NCBI GenBank assembly: GCA_002269645.1
Contig: NIVC01003517.1
Span: forward strand, 1 to 64,000
Reading direction: 5' to 3'
DNA: 64,000 nt
DNA from: Macrostomum lignano
Taxonomy: Eukaryota
The notes beneath the pieces are model-generated. The model was given only the letters and a program-made list of their open reading frames with translations, was not told the origin of the DNA and did not search any database. The translations under genes were made by a program, and so were the position numbers. This document shows positions 38,448 through 51,700 of the stretch, piece after piece. Position 1 is the first letter of the stretch. Each line of letters starts with the position of its first letter.

Positions 38448-38917
38448 GTTAGTTTGCGGTCCAGTATGCTTATTTCTCTGTCGCTCAGACTATCCAGCGA
38501 GTATATACTCAAATATCAAAGTGCAGTGCAGTGCAAGGAAACTCAAGCAAATGGGAAAAAGGCAGAGTTGCAGGATTTATGCGACAAACTGGGAAGAAAG
38601 TGTTGCTCCCAAAACAGACTCATCAGTCAGCTGGTATGGAGTCCCGAAAGAGATTCGTGTTTTTTCTCTCCTAGAAATTGGGAATAACATTCTGGTTGCT
38701 GTAGACAGAATTAATTGGGAGATGCTTTTTGCCTGCTTGACTTTGCTTGCGGTTTTTCGTCTTGACTGCCACTTTTTTGTGCGGATCGGCCAGACAAACA
38801 CTGAGAGAGTGTTGTGTAAGTGTGACAGCCACTGCTCACTTGCTCAGGACATCATTCGCTTGACTGTTAAAGCTAAGAGTAATTTATGGATATCTTCAGC
38901 ACAGGAATCCATGGGAG

Positions 38918-39235
38918 ATGAGGATCTCACTCCCTAATCTATCAGAGATTAGGATCTCACTCTCTAATCTATCAGAGAGTAGGGTCTCACTCCCTAATCT
39001 ATCAGAGAGTAGGGTCTCACTCTCTAATCTATCAGAGATTAGGATCTCACTCTCTAATCTATCAGAGAGTAGGATCTCACTCCCTAATCTATCAGAGAGT
39101 AGGGTCTCACTCTCTAATCTATCAGAGAGTAGGATCTCACTCCCTAATCTATCAGAGAGTAGGGTCTCACTCTAATCTAGTAGAGATTAGGATCTCACTC
39201 CCTAATCTATCAGAGATTAGGATCTCACTTTCTAA
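38918..39235. repeat. 30 bp minisatellite (GATCTCACTCCCTAATCTATCAGAGAGTAG)n
   Basis: Visible tandem units. Confidence 0.95.
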
Positions 39236-39298
39236 TCGATGAGAGATGAATTAAGATTTCATTCCATGAGAGATAGGTAAGATTTCACTACCTAATCC

Positions 39299-42200
39299 AT
39301 GAGATGTTCCGAAATCTCAGCCGTCCAATTTTCTCCGCAGCTGGCGGGCCATTTCGAAGGCATCAACCAGCTGGACAGACTTCGCTCACGGGCAATCGAT
39401 AAAATGCTGGTGGCCGATCAAGAGGCCAAGAAGCGAGAGGTGCAGCTGCTGATAATTGGTGAGTCGGGAGAGGCAGGAGACTCAGATGACAAAACTGCCT
39501 GACCTTCTGCTGCAAGACGAATCCCAGGGCTTGAAACAGGTTTTCACAATTAACCCCCACCTGAAGGGGAGCTGAAGATCAGCTTTGTAATTGTCTGTTT
39601 ATCTGTGTACTAACCGCGGCCAACTCCGCTTAACTTGACTGGAAAAGTTCAATTAGCGTAATTTTAAAATAGGATGTGTTAAACTCGATACGTCCCCTTG
39701 TTCTGTTTGAGAGATTGTCAACTTTAATAAAAAGTTCCTTTTTTGCAAGAGATCTGAGGCGCAGTAGTCGTCTTTTGAGTCTACAGAGAGACTTTGCGAA
39801 AGAAAATTATTGTTAAAAGAACTGACACGAAATGTAGAAAGATTTTCGTGCTTAAAAATGTATTGATCTTTTTATATTCGTAGGCCGCAGCCTTGTGACC
39901 CGCGAATTCTTTATTGCACTCCGTGCCCCGTCGCAATGACCGCACGCAGGGACCGCCGAGGTTGAGTTAAAAAAAAAACTCTACAAATAAAAAAGCTGAA
40001 CTGGCTACGCACGAAGTGAGCGGGGTTCAGAGGGGAAGAATTGGTAAAGTCATTCCTGTCTGACGTTTTTGTCCTCTTTCTCATAGACTGATTGCACAGG
40101 TCCTAGTTCCAATGATTGATAAAATTTCGACAGTCCCAGGCAGATAAAAGTTAAGGACAGAGACCAGGTTCTGATGATGGACCAGACGTCAATTAAAGTC
40201 GAATATTAAAATGTCTCTAAAAGTGGCTCTGTAGACTCCGTAGGGGTAGAGCAGCTCAGTAGGGGTGGACTCAGGGTTGGAGTCCGGTCCCTGGATCGAT
40301 TCCGTGCGCGAAAATTTGCCAGGAGGTTGTCGTCTGACGCACCATCATGAGGGCCAACCCCAAGGCACAGGGAGTGCACATACGTGAAAATTAGAACTCA
40401 GGGCCGCTGCACACCCTGTATGAGCGTGTGTATCTTCGCGCCTAAAGTTCTTTGCGGTTAAGTAACAACTAACTGGACACAAACGTGTCAGAAACTTCAA
40501 CCGTTCTGTACGCGTTTTTGTCCGGCTTGACTTTTTGTTGTGGTTTTGTAATTGCGTCGACAAATGGGGACTCTTACTGTTCATAAAGCCTGTGAAAACA
40601 ATGCTGGCACGAAGCACACTCAAAATCACTGGTTTCTAAGCCAATCTACCCCCGAGTCTCTTCACTCATCTCTCTCAACAGGCGGCACGGGCAGCGGCAA
40701 AAGCACGCTGGTCCGACAGATGCGGATCCACCACGGCGACGCGTTTCCGGACGAGAAGCGGCGGCGACTGGCCGACAGAGTGCTGGAGAACCTGGCCGAC
40801 GGAGTGCAGATTGTCCTGGAGAATATGCGGTCCAGGGACTGCTGGTTCAAGGACGAATATGTCAGGGTACAAACTGTGCACGTTGCAGTCAAGCCTATGT
40901 CCACATGCTTTCAGTAGCTATGCAATAATTCAATTAATAATTAACGATCAAGTTTCATTTTCAAAGCGAAGGCTTAAGGGGCTTAAAAGGACAGATAAAG
41001 GAGGCGAGGGGAATACCCGTATCTCCTGGTTGAAAACTACGTGTCTTTTTGTAGAAGCAGACATAAGCTTAGGGCAATACTAAAAAAATTGAAACAGATT
41101 ATAGAGAGAAAACCATCCTTCTCTCCGAGTTGATTGAAAAATGCTCGGCATCAGAAATTGATGAATGTCATAAAATGCTTGATTAATGCTAATTCGTGTC
41201 AGTGAATACGTTACAGAAGTTACAGGTCTCTTAGTATGCAGCCAATTGTATTCCTATAAGTTTTCGATCTTAGTCTAAAACTGCTTTCCTAATGAGAAGA
41301 CTAAAGCAATAATCTTGATGCCCTGTGCCGCCCTGTGCCGAATCTCCTGTTACCATTGCACACAAGTTCGAGTAATTCACTAGTAGATTAACTGCTACAT
41401 GCATTTGACACTCGCACAATAGTTGTTTGCTATGAATTGCTGGTCTAATTACTCAAAAGGATTATTCTCACTCGTTCCCATCCAGGACATGGCTGCGGAG
41501 TTCCTGGCGCACTGCCCCCGCTTCAACCGCTGCATCTTCCGGGTGCCGAACCGACTTGAAAACATCGCCGACAGCATCCATTATGCCCGCGTCGAATTCG
41601 CCGACGCTGGCATCGAGGACGAGAAAGATGAAGACTCCGACAGCGAGGAGCAGTTGGAAGCCGATCATAACGATGATAGCGGAAACTGCCAGCGTAGACG
41701 TCGACAGCATCGTCGCGGACTTTGCCAGCTTGTTGAGGCGGAAGAGATTGATGACCCCGACGGTGGACCAGGCCGTATGAAAGGTTCCGAGTCACCTTCG
41801 TTGATCTTCTACTACGATTTGCAGGTCAAGGAACCTTTAGATAATGCTGGTGCTACCGATAGCGTCGAAAACCCGTCATTGACAACCAGCAACTCGCTGA
41901 ACTCCCGCTCCTTGGCGCCCAGTTACGTCAGTACGCTCGACTTTGCGTCATTGCGTCGAAAGCTGGACGCTTTGGCGGCGGAAAAAACGCCACGGAAGGC
42001 GCGGGTGGGCCGCGGCACGGACGGCACTACCGTGGCGAAGTACTTCGTGCGTCATCTGAAGAACATCACGGCGCAACCGGAGTTCGAGGAATGTCTTCTT
42101 GACGCTGAATATTTTAGACCAGAAATCACCTATGCTGAGATTTAGTAAGTGTTGCTGTCTTTTTTTATCGAAATTGCGCCAGATAAACTGTGTAGTTTTG

Positions 42201-43745
42201 AACTTCTGAGGCTCTTACGAGCGAAACTTTGGTGCTCGTTGGTCAAACGACCAAACTGTGATGATCATTAGTCAAACTTTGATGCTGTTAATCAAGTTTT
42301 AAACGTCGCCTGTAAAGCTTTGAGTCTGTGGGGTAGATAAAAAAACAATTTTCTTTTAAAAAATAATTATGAGTAATAGCTTTGATATCTATTAACCTTC
42401 CTATTGCGATACACATTAATTCGATTTCTTCTTCAGTTTCATTCGTCACGTGGACCGGCTAATCCAAGAGGATTATACGCCCAGCCTGCAGGACATCCTA
42501 GCCATACGACGGCCGAATCACGCCGTAAAGGAGGCGAGCTTTTCAATTAGCGGTTGCTCGTTTAGGTAAGCCAATTTAAGAGAAGTTCAGGTTGTTCCCG
42601 AAAATTCTAACCCTTACCATATTAGCATATATTTCAATTCTTCTCAATGTTCTTCAATGTTTCCTATCGGCGTGATAGGAAAACATCTTTTCCAATGTTT
42701 GAAAAGATAGGAAAGCCGATCGCTCTTTGCAAACTTTACGAAATATTCAGAATCATCGACTTGGCCGATTACCGACGCCAGCGCTGTCGCTGGCTGCACT
42801 ACTTCGAAGACGTCAGCGCGGTGCTGTTCGTGGCGTCGCTGACCGGCTTCTCCGAGCTGATTGAGGACGGCGATAGAATCGTGAGTCAAATCGTCTTGTG
42901 ACAGAAAATTTATCTAAAATGTTCGTCTAAATTACCTTTTTTATTCTTTCCAGACCGTAAAAATGACCGAATGCCTAAGGCTATTCGGCGAAGTGGCTAG
43001 TAGCAAGCACCTGTGGAAGAAGGACCTATTTCTGTTTCTAAATAAGTTGGATCTGTTCGAGAAGGCGCTGCAGAAGAAGAGCATTGCTGGCCTATTTCCC
43101 GATTATCGAGGTCAGAAAATGAGCAGATTTTATTTTGAAACATATTACTCTTGTTTGTGGGAAATAAATTCTGTAGGCTCCAACTGTAGGATATTTTGCA
43201 ATTCTCACTGAGAAACATGATGTGCGGATGTACCGAGCTTCAGGTTATAAATGATACAAAAGTTACGTGAAATGGTTGCAATTTCAGTAGAAAGTAAGAA
43301 AAGGACGTTGAGGTGTTGGTTCGAAGGAGGCATTTTGCAGCTGACACAAATCAAGGTGGCAGTGAACCCACAGCCACCGAGGAAGACATGCAGTTGTGCG
43401 TACCACAACTCTCCCATCGTCATCCATGTACATGCAGGCTCTGTCTTGTAGGTTGACTTGACTACGTGTCCGGGATCCGGTACGTCAACCTGTATTTCAG
43501 TCCATTTTATCTGTAGCTCTGCATAATCCCCAACTTCTCATCCAGGCCGCGACGATGTGTCAGAGAGCAGTCAATTCATCAAGGAAAAGTTCCTCAGCCT
43601 GCTGCCAAAGAATCTACCCAAGTCGAAGCGTGTATTCGCCCACGTAGTGAGCGCTATCGACATCGAGGGCATGCGAAAAATTTTCGGCGAGGTGCTTCGC
43701 AAACTTGCCGAGGCCAATTTGAAAAGGAGCCTGCACGTGTTCTGA
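39299..43745 (+). CDS. Atypical heterotrimeric G protein alpha subunit, about 540 aa; N-terminal exon uncertain
   Basis: Exons 39299(or 39341)-39458, 40682-40866, 41486-42144, 42437-42565, 42751-42880, 42954-43110, 43546-43745; phases 1,0,2,2,0,1 match. RSRAIDKML, LLIIGGTGSGKST, RWLHYFEDV, LFLNKLDLF, AHVVSAID. Confidence 0.88.
40240..40445 (+). mobile_element. SINE-like repeat (family 2) in G-alpha intron 1
   Basis: tRNA-like head (TAGAGCAGCTCAGTAGG ... GGATCGATTCC) and body blocks shared with 27135-27360. Confidence 0.55.
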
Positions 43746-45759
43746 CTAAGACACCAACGTCTTTAGTGGTTTAGTGTCAGTGACATTCAATGTAAATTAA
43801 TTCATGTAAAGAGACCAACCCAAAAGCTCGTAAAATCAAGTATACCATGTCCATTTATACTTGATTTACTGATTGATGGTATCGTTTATGTCGATCACGG
43901 CTTACTTTCATGGCTTACTGCTACAGTCTTCACTGCAGTTAAAGCTTCTTTACTGGACTTTTTCAGTTTACACTGGCTATCGGTCAAAGAGAAAATTCTT
44001 TCTCACCTTGGTCAATGCAACATCTCTGACTGAAAAACTTTCCAAAGAAATCCTAAGCGAGGAAAAGTGTGCCAGTTGTAGCAGGGCCAGCCTTGAGTCT
44101 CTCCGGCTCCTTTTGTCCTTTGGCGCTTTTTCTCTCCCCGTTCTCATGCAGTCAGCAACATTTTCTCCTATGGACTCTGGCGAACGTCAGTCTCTTTACG
44201 CTCCATCTCGAGGGCAGCCTTTCCGCCATTTGAATGCGACGGCATTCTGTCGCAGATGCCGAGTGTTATTGAGGCTGGCTCTGAGTGAGGGTAATATTAG
44301 TGAGAGTAAAATTGTGCAAGCCTGAGCATGAGACGAGAAGTGACTAAGTAAATGGTGTTAGTTGTGAATTCAACTTGGCGATCATTTGGATACTTATGCC
44401 AGTCACTATATTCTTGTAGATAAAAATTTTTTAATGCGCTTCTAGACGTCAGGTGTAAAATTATTCTAAAGTTTTACCCCAGTAGTCCGAAAAAATGATG
44501 CTAAAAAACATACAAATCAACCTACTTTTAGTAGTAAAGAGGCCCCTGAACGGATCGGCGGCTAAGAATTTGAAACACAGAGAGCGAGAATCACGAGAAC
44601 TTACAATAATTAATGCATTTTGGCTGGTTCGCAACACCGTTTAAGTATTCTTTCGTCTGAAAAACTTACTCACAGTTTTATTGTGTGTCAAAGAGTGTAA
44701 GCTTTCTAAGAAGTCAATATTTAATGTTTGTTTAGAAATCGTAAGATGTTAAGAATTTAATGTCACGAATAAAAAATTAACGTTAACTCTACATTTTAAC
44801 AAAATTAATTATGTTGGGAGATCGCAAATACCAAAAGACGCATGCAAATAAGAAGATGAAAAATCATGCAAAGGCTAAATAGGATGCAAAATGAGTTTCT
44901 TTGTGCAATATCAAACTTTTTTTGACAGAGTACATCAAATATTCGAACCCACGCCTATTAAATAAGTATATATGATTTGAATGTTTCCAGAAAAACTGCA
45001 ATAAATAAATTTCTAGCTGCCCAAACGAGCTTCAAAAGTGTTTGAGACACGAAAAAGTTTCAGAAAAAAGTCATTTAGAAAAACAGTAAGACTAAAAAAG
45101 CAAAACAGCAACAACTCTGAAACAACCAAAAAGCACGCCTTTCTTGTAAGATTGACCATTCTCGCCATGTTTAACTAAATTTAATGACTTCTACTGGTAG
45201 GTTCTATCGAGCTGATTGGTTTTAGAGCTCCTTGAAGTGACAGTTTACTGTTGAAGTACCTATCGATTGTGATTGACGAGGGTAGCCAACTTAGCTAACT
45301 TGTAACCAATTGTTTTACAAAACATTAATGTGCATAACATACTGCTTAAGATAATAGCAGTAGTTAGTGCGCGTCAAATATTAACGAAGGCAAAGGTGGT
45401 AAAAGAAACAATTAAGTTGTGACAATTATGAAAATTAAGTTGCAAATTTACTCATCACCCATAATAATCCAGTATTGATCCAACGGTTGGCACTCACTGA
45501 CTCTTAACCAAGTAACTGAACTGCAATAATTTCTGTTACACTCATACGCACATCTAATGAGTTCTAGAATTTTTTATTTTTATGATATTTAAATTCTTTT
45601 AAACCGTTTGGCTTCTGCACCTGGACGCAAACAAAAGTACTAAATATTCGTCTTTAAAAATGAAAACCTTAAATACTACTAAAACCAGAGGAAATTTGTA
45701 TCAAGATAAATAAAAACGGTCAGTACAAAACCATTTAAAATGATGAACGCCGACTTCTC

Positions 45760-48700
45760 TTAAACTTCGGTACTGACGCACTGCACAACCGCCTGTGCAG
45801 CCTGCACGGCCAGTATCGCCTTCTCCCGATTCGAAATCTCCGACAGATCCAACGCCCGACCGTTGCGCTCGTCCACGAAGACGCTCGCCAGCTGTGAGAC
45901 GTGATCCAACACGGTCAGCGTCAGATCGGTGTCCGAGATGCAGCACAGATGCTGGCTCAGCTGCTGTTGACGATCTACTGCTTTACCCTGCTTTGTCAGC
46001 AACGCCTTCAGCGCCTTCTCCGCTGCCTGCCAGCTGATGAAGCTGGCCCATTCGAACTCGCCCGCTTCGATCCATCGCTCTGCTGAGCGCAGTTTTGTCT
46101 CTGCAGTTTCCAGGCACTTTTCTGCACTGTCGGCTGAAGCTCGGCCAGCACTGGAGCCTTCGGAGAAGTGCAGCCCGCCGCCTGCGACGCCTCCGCCGTG
46201 GCGTCTCAACCAACTGATGACGACCTCTTCAGCAGTGAATATGAGGCGACACCTGGCTACTCGCTCAGCCTGCTGCTGCCAATCATCAATGAACTCAGGG
46301 AACTGGTGAGTCCAGTTGTGCTCAGCAGCGAATGATTTTATCTGTTCAAATGAATTAGCAGTACTTGAGTAGTGTGTCAGAGTCCGTTGGAGCACTTGAC
46401 GCTGTTTTTCGGTCGGCAGCGAAGCTGCACTGCTCAACAGATGGTCAATGGACGCTCTGACATCAGTGTTTCCATGTGGAACCGATGAATAAACTGAAGC
46501 TGGTTGCTTCTCGAGTAAGAACAGCTCAGCTGTCGTGGCTTTGACGTGAGCACTTTCGCCAGCGTCAATGATGTACTCACTGGTCCATGGATTCTCGACT
46601 TCAACAGGGAGCTTCTCCAGTACTTTGGCGTACACAAAGCATCCGTACTTATCCTTGTAAGCCACAGTTTTGCTCACTAGGTCTATCGGCTTTGCTGGCA
46701 GATGCCTGAGCAGGCAGTTTTTAAGCTGTGGCAAAGCCTGGCCAATCAAGGAAGCGCCCATGGTACTTAGCTCCATGCTCTTCTGACCCTTCACTTTGTG
46801 CAGAGAAACTTTACGCTTTTCCAAAACTTTCAGCATACCTTCGGGACTGTCCATCAGAAGCACAATTGTCAAATGATTTCCATGCTCCGGTGATATTTTG
46901 AAGCCATTCTGTAAAACTTTCTGAACGATATCCACAAAGTCCATCTGCCAAAGCATTCCCTTACTACCGCTGAGGTGTTCAGGGATGGCTGCATGGCTCA
47001 TAAGAATCTTTCGTTCTTGCAGCAGAAAGTTCTTGTCTTCAGCTGAGTCGCGTTGCTCGACACCGTCAAACTGCAGGCAGGTCCGCAGCTCCGACAGGCA
47101 GACAACCGAAAATCGGGACAGAAGAGAAGAGAGAGAAGCAAAAACTTCATCACCTTTGACGGACAAGTCTTTCGAATCGTGCAGAATGATGCTAGTGATG
47201 CACTGGAGCAGCACTGGGTGCCTCAGCTTAGCTTGAAGATTGCATCGGGCTGCACAGTTTTCCCCAGCGCTGCACCGATCGCTGACCTCCGTCAGCAGCT
47301 TCTCGCTCACATTCTCGCTCAGTCCTTTGAGCCCCAAGTCGGCTGCGAGGCTGAAGTACAGCCTGCGCAAACTGTCACTGCCCAGCTCGCAGAAGCTGAG
47401 ATCGAGAAATTTGACACACTTAGATTCCGCTAGCCTCTTCTGGTAGCCGTCCGAGTCGTTGATTGTGAGCTTCTGGCAGTCCACCAGCTCGAACTCGGTA
47501 TCTATTGCGTCCTGGAAGTCGTCAGGTAGCACCAGTTTAGTAGGTAGGAATAGTGTTTTTGTGGACTCAAATTTCAGCTTTCCGCCTTGTTCTAATAAAC
47601 CGATCATTGTGGTCAGGCATCGGTGAACGGAAATAAGCTGATTTTCAGTTAGATAATATTGCTGATGCTGTTCGTCGTGAATGAGCTCCAGGACCAGCCT
47701 CAGTTGCTCCAATGTTGCTGATTTGGTGGCTCCCAACTTAGTAAACAGATTTAAATGACATCTGAAATCACCTGGACAGACCTGGATGTACGGTGGCACC
47801 GAGGTTTTTTCTTCGAATGTGATTCTGTTTGGAGTGACGAAGCACGGGTCCCATCTAGGGCCTGTGAAAATGCAAGGAATTTTTCTCAAACGTGCAATCA
47901 CATTTCCCATTTTGGCACTGTTCATCCCCGTCAGATGTTCATAAATAGAGCTCATGGTCTTGAGCCTTAAACTCGCAGCAGTGTCGTGCATTCTAGATGA
48001 AGTGAATGCTTCGTTGGACAAAATGTTCTGCAGATGACGCTCAAAAGCCTCATCGGAAACAGTCTTCATGGACTTATTTAAGCAAGGTCCGCAGTCAAGA
48101 CAAGCGTACGACTCAACAGTCCAACAAAGGTAACGTGAGCTAAATTTTACGCACTGGGAGGGACTTTTCATGCAAACAGCATCGCCTGGACAAAGACTGT
48201 GTAGGTCCTTGTCGTCATTCGCTACTAAAAATGGAATCTGAGATAGTTTCTGGACAAATTTATCTGTTAGATGCGTCCGAAAGCCCACACTGTCGATAAA
48301 ATTCAGCAGCATTTTCGATCTGTTTTTAAGATCATCAGAAATGCCAACAGCCCCTTCAGTGCTGATGTCATTGGCAAACTTAATAACAGTATCAGCTGAG
48401 CACTCGGTGATTAAGCCAGCATGGAGCATCAGCTGTCTCCAACGGCCACACTGGAACCGCTCTGGCAGAAAGTTTTCCGAATCCAAAGTTTGTTTGAATA
48501 TAAATACCGTGTGATCATAAAACGTATTAGCCCTCTTCCAGCCGCATTGTGTCGGAATGATACTTGCTTCCTGTAGAGAGCTTTCGAGTTCCTTAAGTTT
48601 TGAGATTCATCTGATTCATAAACGGAATTCGATCAAAGTTTCTGCTCATTTCGCAGAGTTTCTCTAAATGCTTCTCTCGAGTTGGGTCGGACAATTTAGA

Positions 48701-51700
48701 GAAGGCAGGAAGGATGAAGTTTGCGTAGACTTCAGGTTCCGATATTTCATCGCATTTTAGTTTACTGTACAGTGATCTGAGTGCGGTGTTGTCCTTCAGG
48801 AAGATGGCCTGGCTGGAGCTCTTCCACTCGTCCATCTCGTCGGCAACGAGCGTCGCCGGCAAGATGCAGGCCTGCTCACAGTTGAGCGCTCGGCAGTGAC
48901 CGTCAGAAGTGACGAACACGGGCCACTTTCGCAACCGTTCCAGAATGTTTTTCTCGCCTTGATTTTCACTTAGCTGCCGCCAATGATTTTGAATGTACTG
49001 GAGAAAGATCACAGCTTCCTCTTCCGTAGCTGAAGTTCTTTCGGGATTTTCAGTCAGAGCGAATTCAATCACTCGAAGCATTGACTCGTGCCTCTGGAAG
49101 TTGCCGCATAGTTTTTCAACAAGCTTTAGGCTGGACATACTAAGCATTGGAGCATTCAGCTTCCGAAGAGACTTCTCGACGGCTAAGCTGTAGTCATCGA
49201 GACCATCAACTTGGACGACAGGCGCGTAAACACACGAGGCCCGTGATATGCTAACTAGACGATGCTCATTGACAGGAACCAGATGAGCATTTTTGAGCCC
49301 GGCAGACACTAGAGAATGCAGCGGGTCTTTTTGATTCGGGCAGCTGAGATTGAAAAAGTCCCACGCTCGAATGAGCCAATTTTCCAGAGCCTCTGTGTCC
49401 ATGCCCAGGTGCATGGGCGCGTAAATGTTTTCTGCGCTAAAGATTTCACTGTTTTCTTTGCGTAATATGTTGCAGAAATCCGTCACTTGAAATTCTCTTA
49501 CAAGATTCAACGCTTTTAGTCTGTCAATCTCAGCTTTAGAAAGACCAGAAATGAATGTTTTGTGCACAAACTCTTGCTTAGATTCTGTGTGCATAAACAA
49601 GTCGAAATATTCCGTAAAGAAGAGTCCTTTGTCTCCGGATTGAAACAATGACAGCTGTCCTCCAGAACTTAAATTTAGAGGCGCTCCATTCAAATTAGTC
49701 GACTTTGTTTCCAACAAATACTTGATAAACTTCAAGACGGTTTCAGGCCGCTCGAAAGGAGTCTGCTCTACATCAATTGGAACAGAGGCTCGCAATGCTG
49801 CACAGACTGGGCCGTTGAGAAACGCAATGATTGATGAAGCATCCGCGAGCAGGATGGAATCCAGTTTGCTGGACCTCAGCGATTCTACCAGTTGCCGTTT
49901 TTCGGACAAAACGAGCGGGAACTTCAATTTGTAAAGAATCTGCTTTATTGGATCTTTTAGATCGCCTGCAGCGAGAAATACAGCGTCCCATCGACTTCGC
50001 TCAAGCGCTGTGCAAGTGGAAGCCACTTCAAAGTCTGCGGCTGCTCACTTGTAGCTGGAAATATTTTCAGTCGGTTTCTAAACGCATTCTGGAAAAAGGC
50101 CTTTGCAAGCTCGTCAAAGAATGTCATGCCTTTTTCATGACAATCTGGGAGAAGCTTAAAATACTCAGGCACACTGGATTCAGTTAATACAAAGGTCCTT
50201 GCTGTTTCTAGAATACTTCCATAGCATTCAGGTAGCAGCTGCGTGGCCAACATGCGGTTCCATTGTTCCTTATAGTCAGCATTTCCGCTCGCTTTCCAAA
50301 GAGATCTTCGCGACGGGTCCAGAATGAAGTGACCGTTCACGTGAACAGGCAGCCCAGTGGTCACTGGCAGTGGAAGCAGGCAGTAGGCACGGCCCTTCAC
50401 TGCTGATGTTGCTGCTGACTCAGGTAAAAGAGCGGCTACTCCGGTTTTTGGAAGAAGACCCCAATTTCCTGTAAACACTTCCTTTTGCACTTTATCCGGA
50501 ACAGTGATGTTGCTACTGCTCAGCTTTTGACAAACCAGCCACTTGAATTTTGAGTCTACAGCCTCACCCGTACAAGTTGTGGTGAGCTCATAAGTTACTG
50601 AGCTGATTGGAAGAGCATCAAGCCTGATTCCTTTAGTCATTAAACTTTGACTGGCCACTTCGCATTTATTCTTGAAATCGTCCAAGCCTTCTTTAGAATC
50701 TGGCAGCCTGTCTGCTTGGACTCTTACGGTGTAGAGCGTATTGAGAACGCCGTCCTGCGATACTTCACTAAGCTTTACCTCCTTGACATTAACCAGAAAC
50801 AAAACTGCTTGTTCCAGTTCTTCTTTTGCCAACTGCTCATCAAATAGCGTCTTGATTTCGTTTGCATCCACAACCTTTTGGCAAATCTTTGATTGATTTG
50901 AAAACCTCAGTGGTAGACGGAAAACAGTACCTCCTTCCTGCTGCAAATGTTCTGGAAGGTATCCAGCAAATACATCCGTAAATGTTTCTTTCAGATTCTC
51001 TAACTCCTTGAACATTCCTCCAGGAGTAGCGGCCGTCGCACCAGGCATGTACTTGCAGTGCGGATCCATCACACACAGTACTTTGCCGTCAGAAAGAAAT
51101 GACGGCGCGTCAGTAATATTGTAGACACAGTTGAACCCAATTCCGTAATTCCCTGCTTTCCACAACTCGTCACGCTTGGATCCAACGCCGAGATCCTGGA
51201 TGCCTTCAATGTCAGCATCGGAGAATGTCGAGTCGTTATAGACGAGTAGCGCAGGTCCCTGTAGCTCCTTCCAGTTGTCGCTCAAAACTCGTTCGGTTCC
51301 GTGATGCCGATGATCGATGATGAAGCTGATCGTCGATGATCCCGCGTCATCCGCATTCTGGATGAGTTCTTTGAAGAGTTCGCTGCCGAATGGATAGCCG
51401 GACAGAATGCTCTTCAGTCTAGTCGTGAGATCCTCATGCTGACCAAATGGCAGCGGCCTCATCGCCTGCGATATCATGCTCTCGCGCTGGCTCCGGATGC
51501 CAAGCTTTTCGCACAGATCGAATGACAAAGTTTGGTGACAGAAGTAAGTGCCATCTGCTAGCTGGGCAATGTCCATCCACGGAATGTTATTGAAGCATAG
51601 CTGGCTACATGGCCTCAAGACGCCAGTCTTATCTGGGGCGAGAAGCTGGTTCACATGTTGATATTTCTCTTCAGAGTTCACAATTTTATAGAGTAGACTC

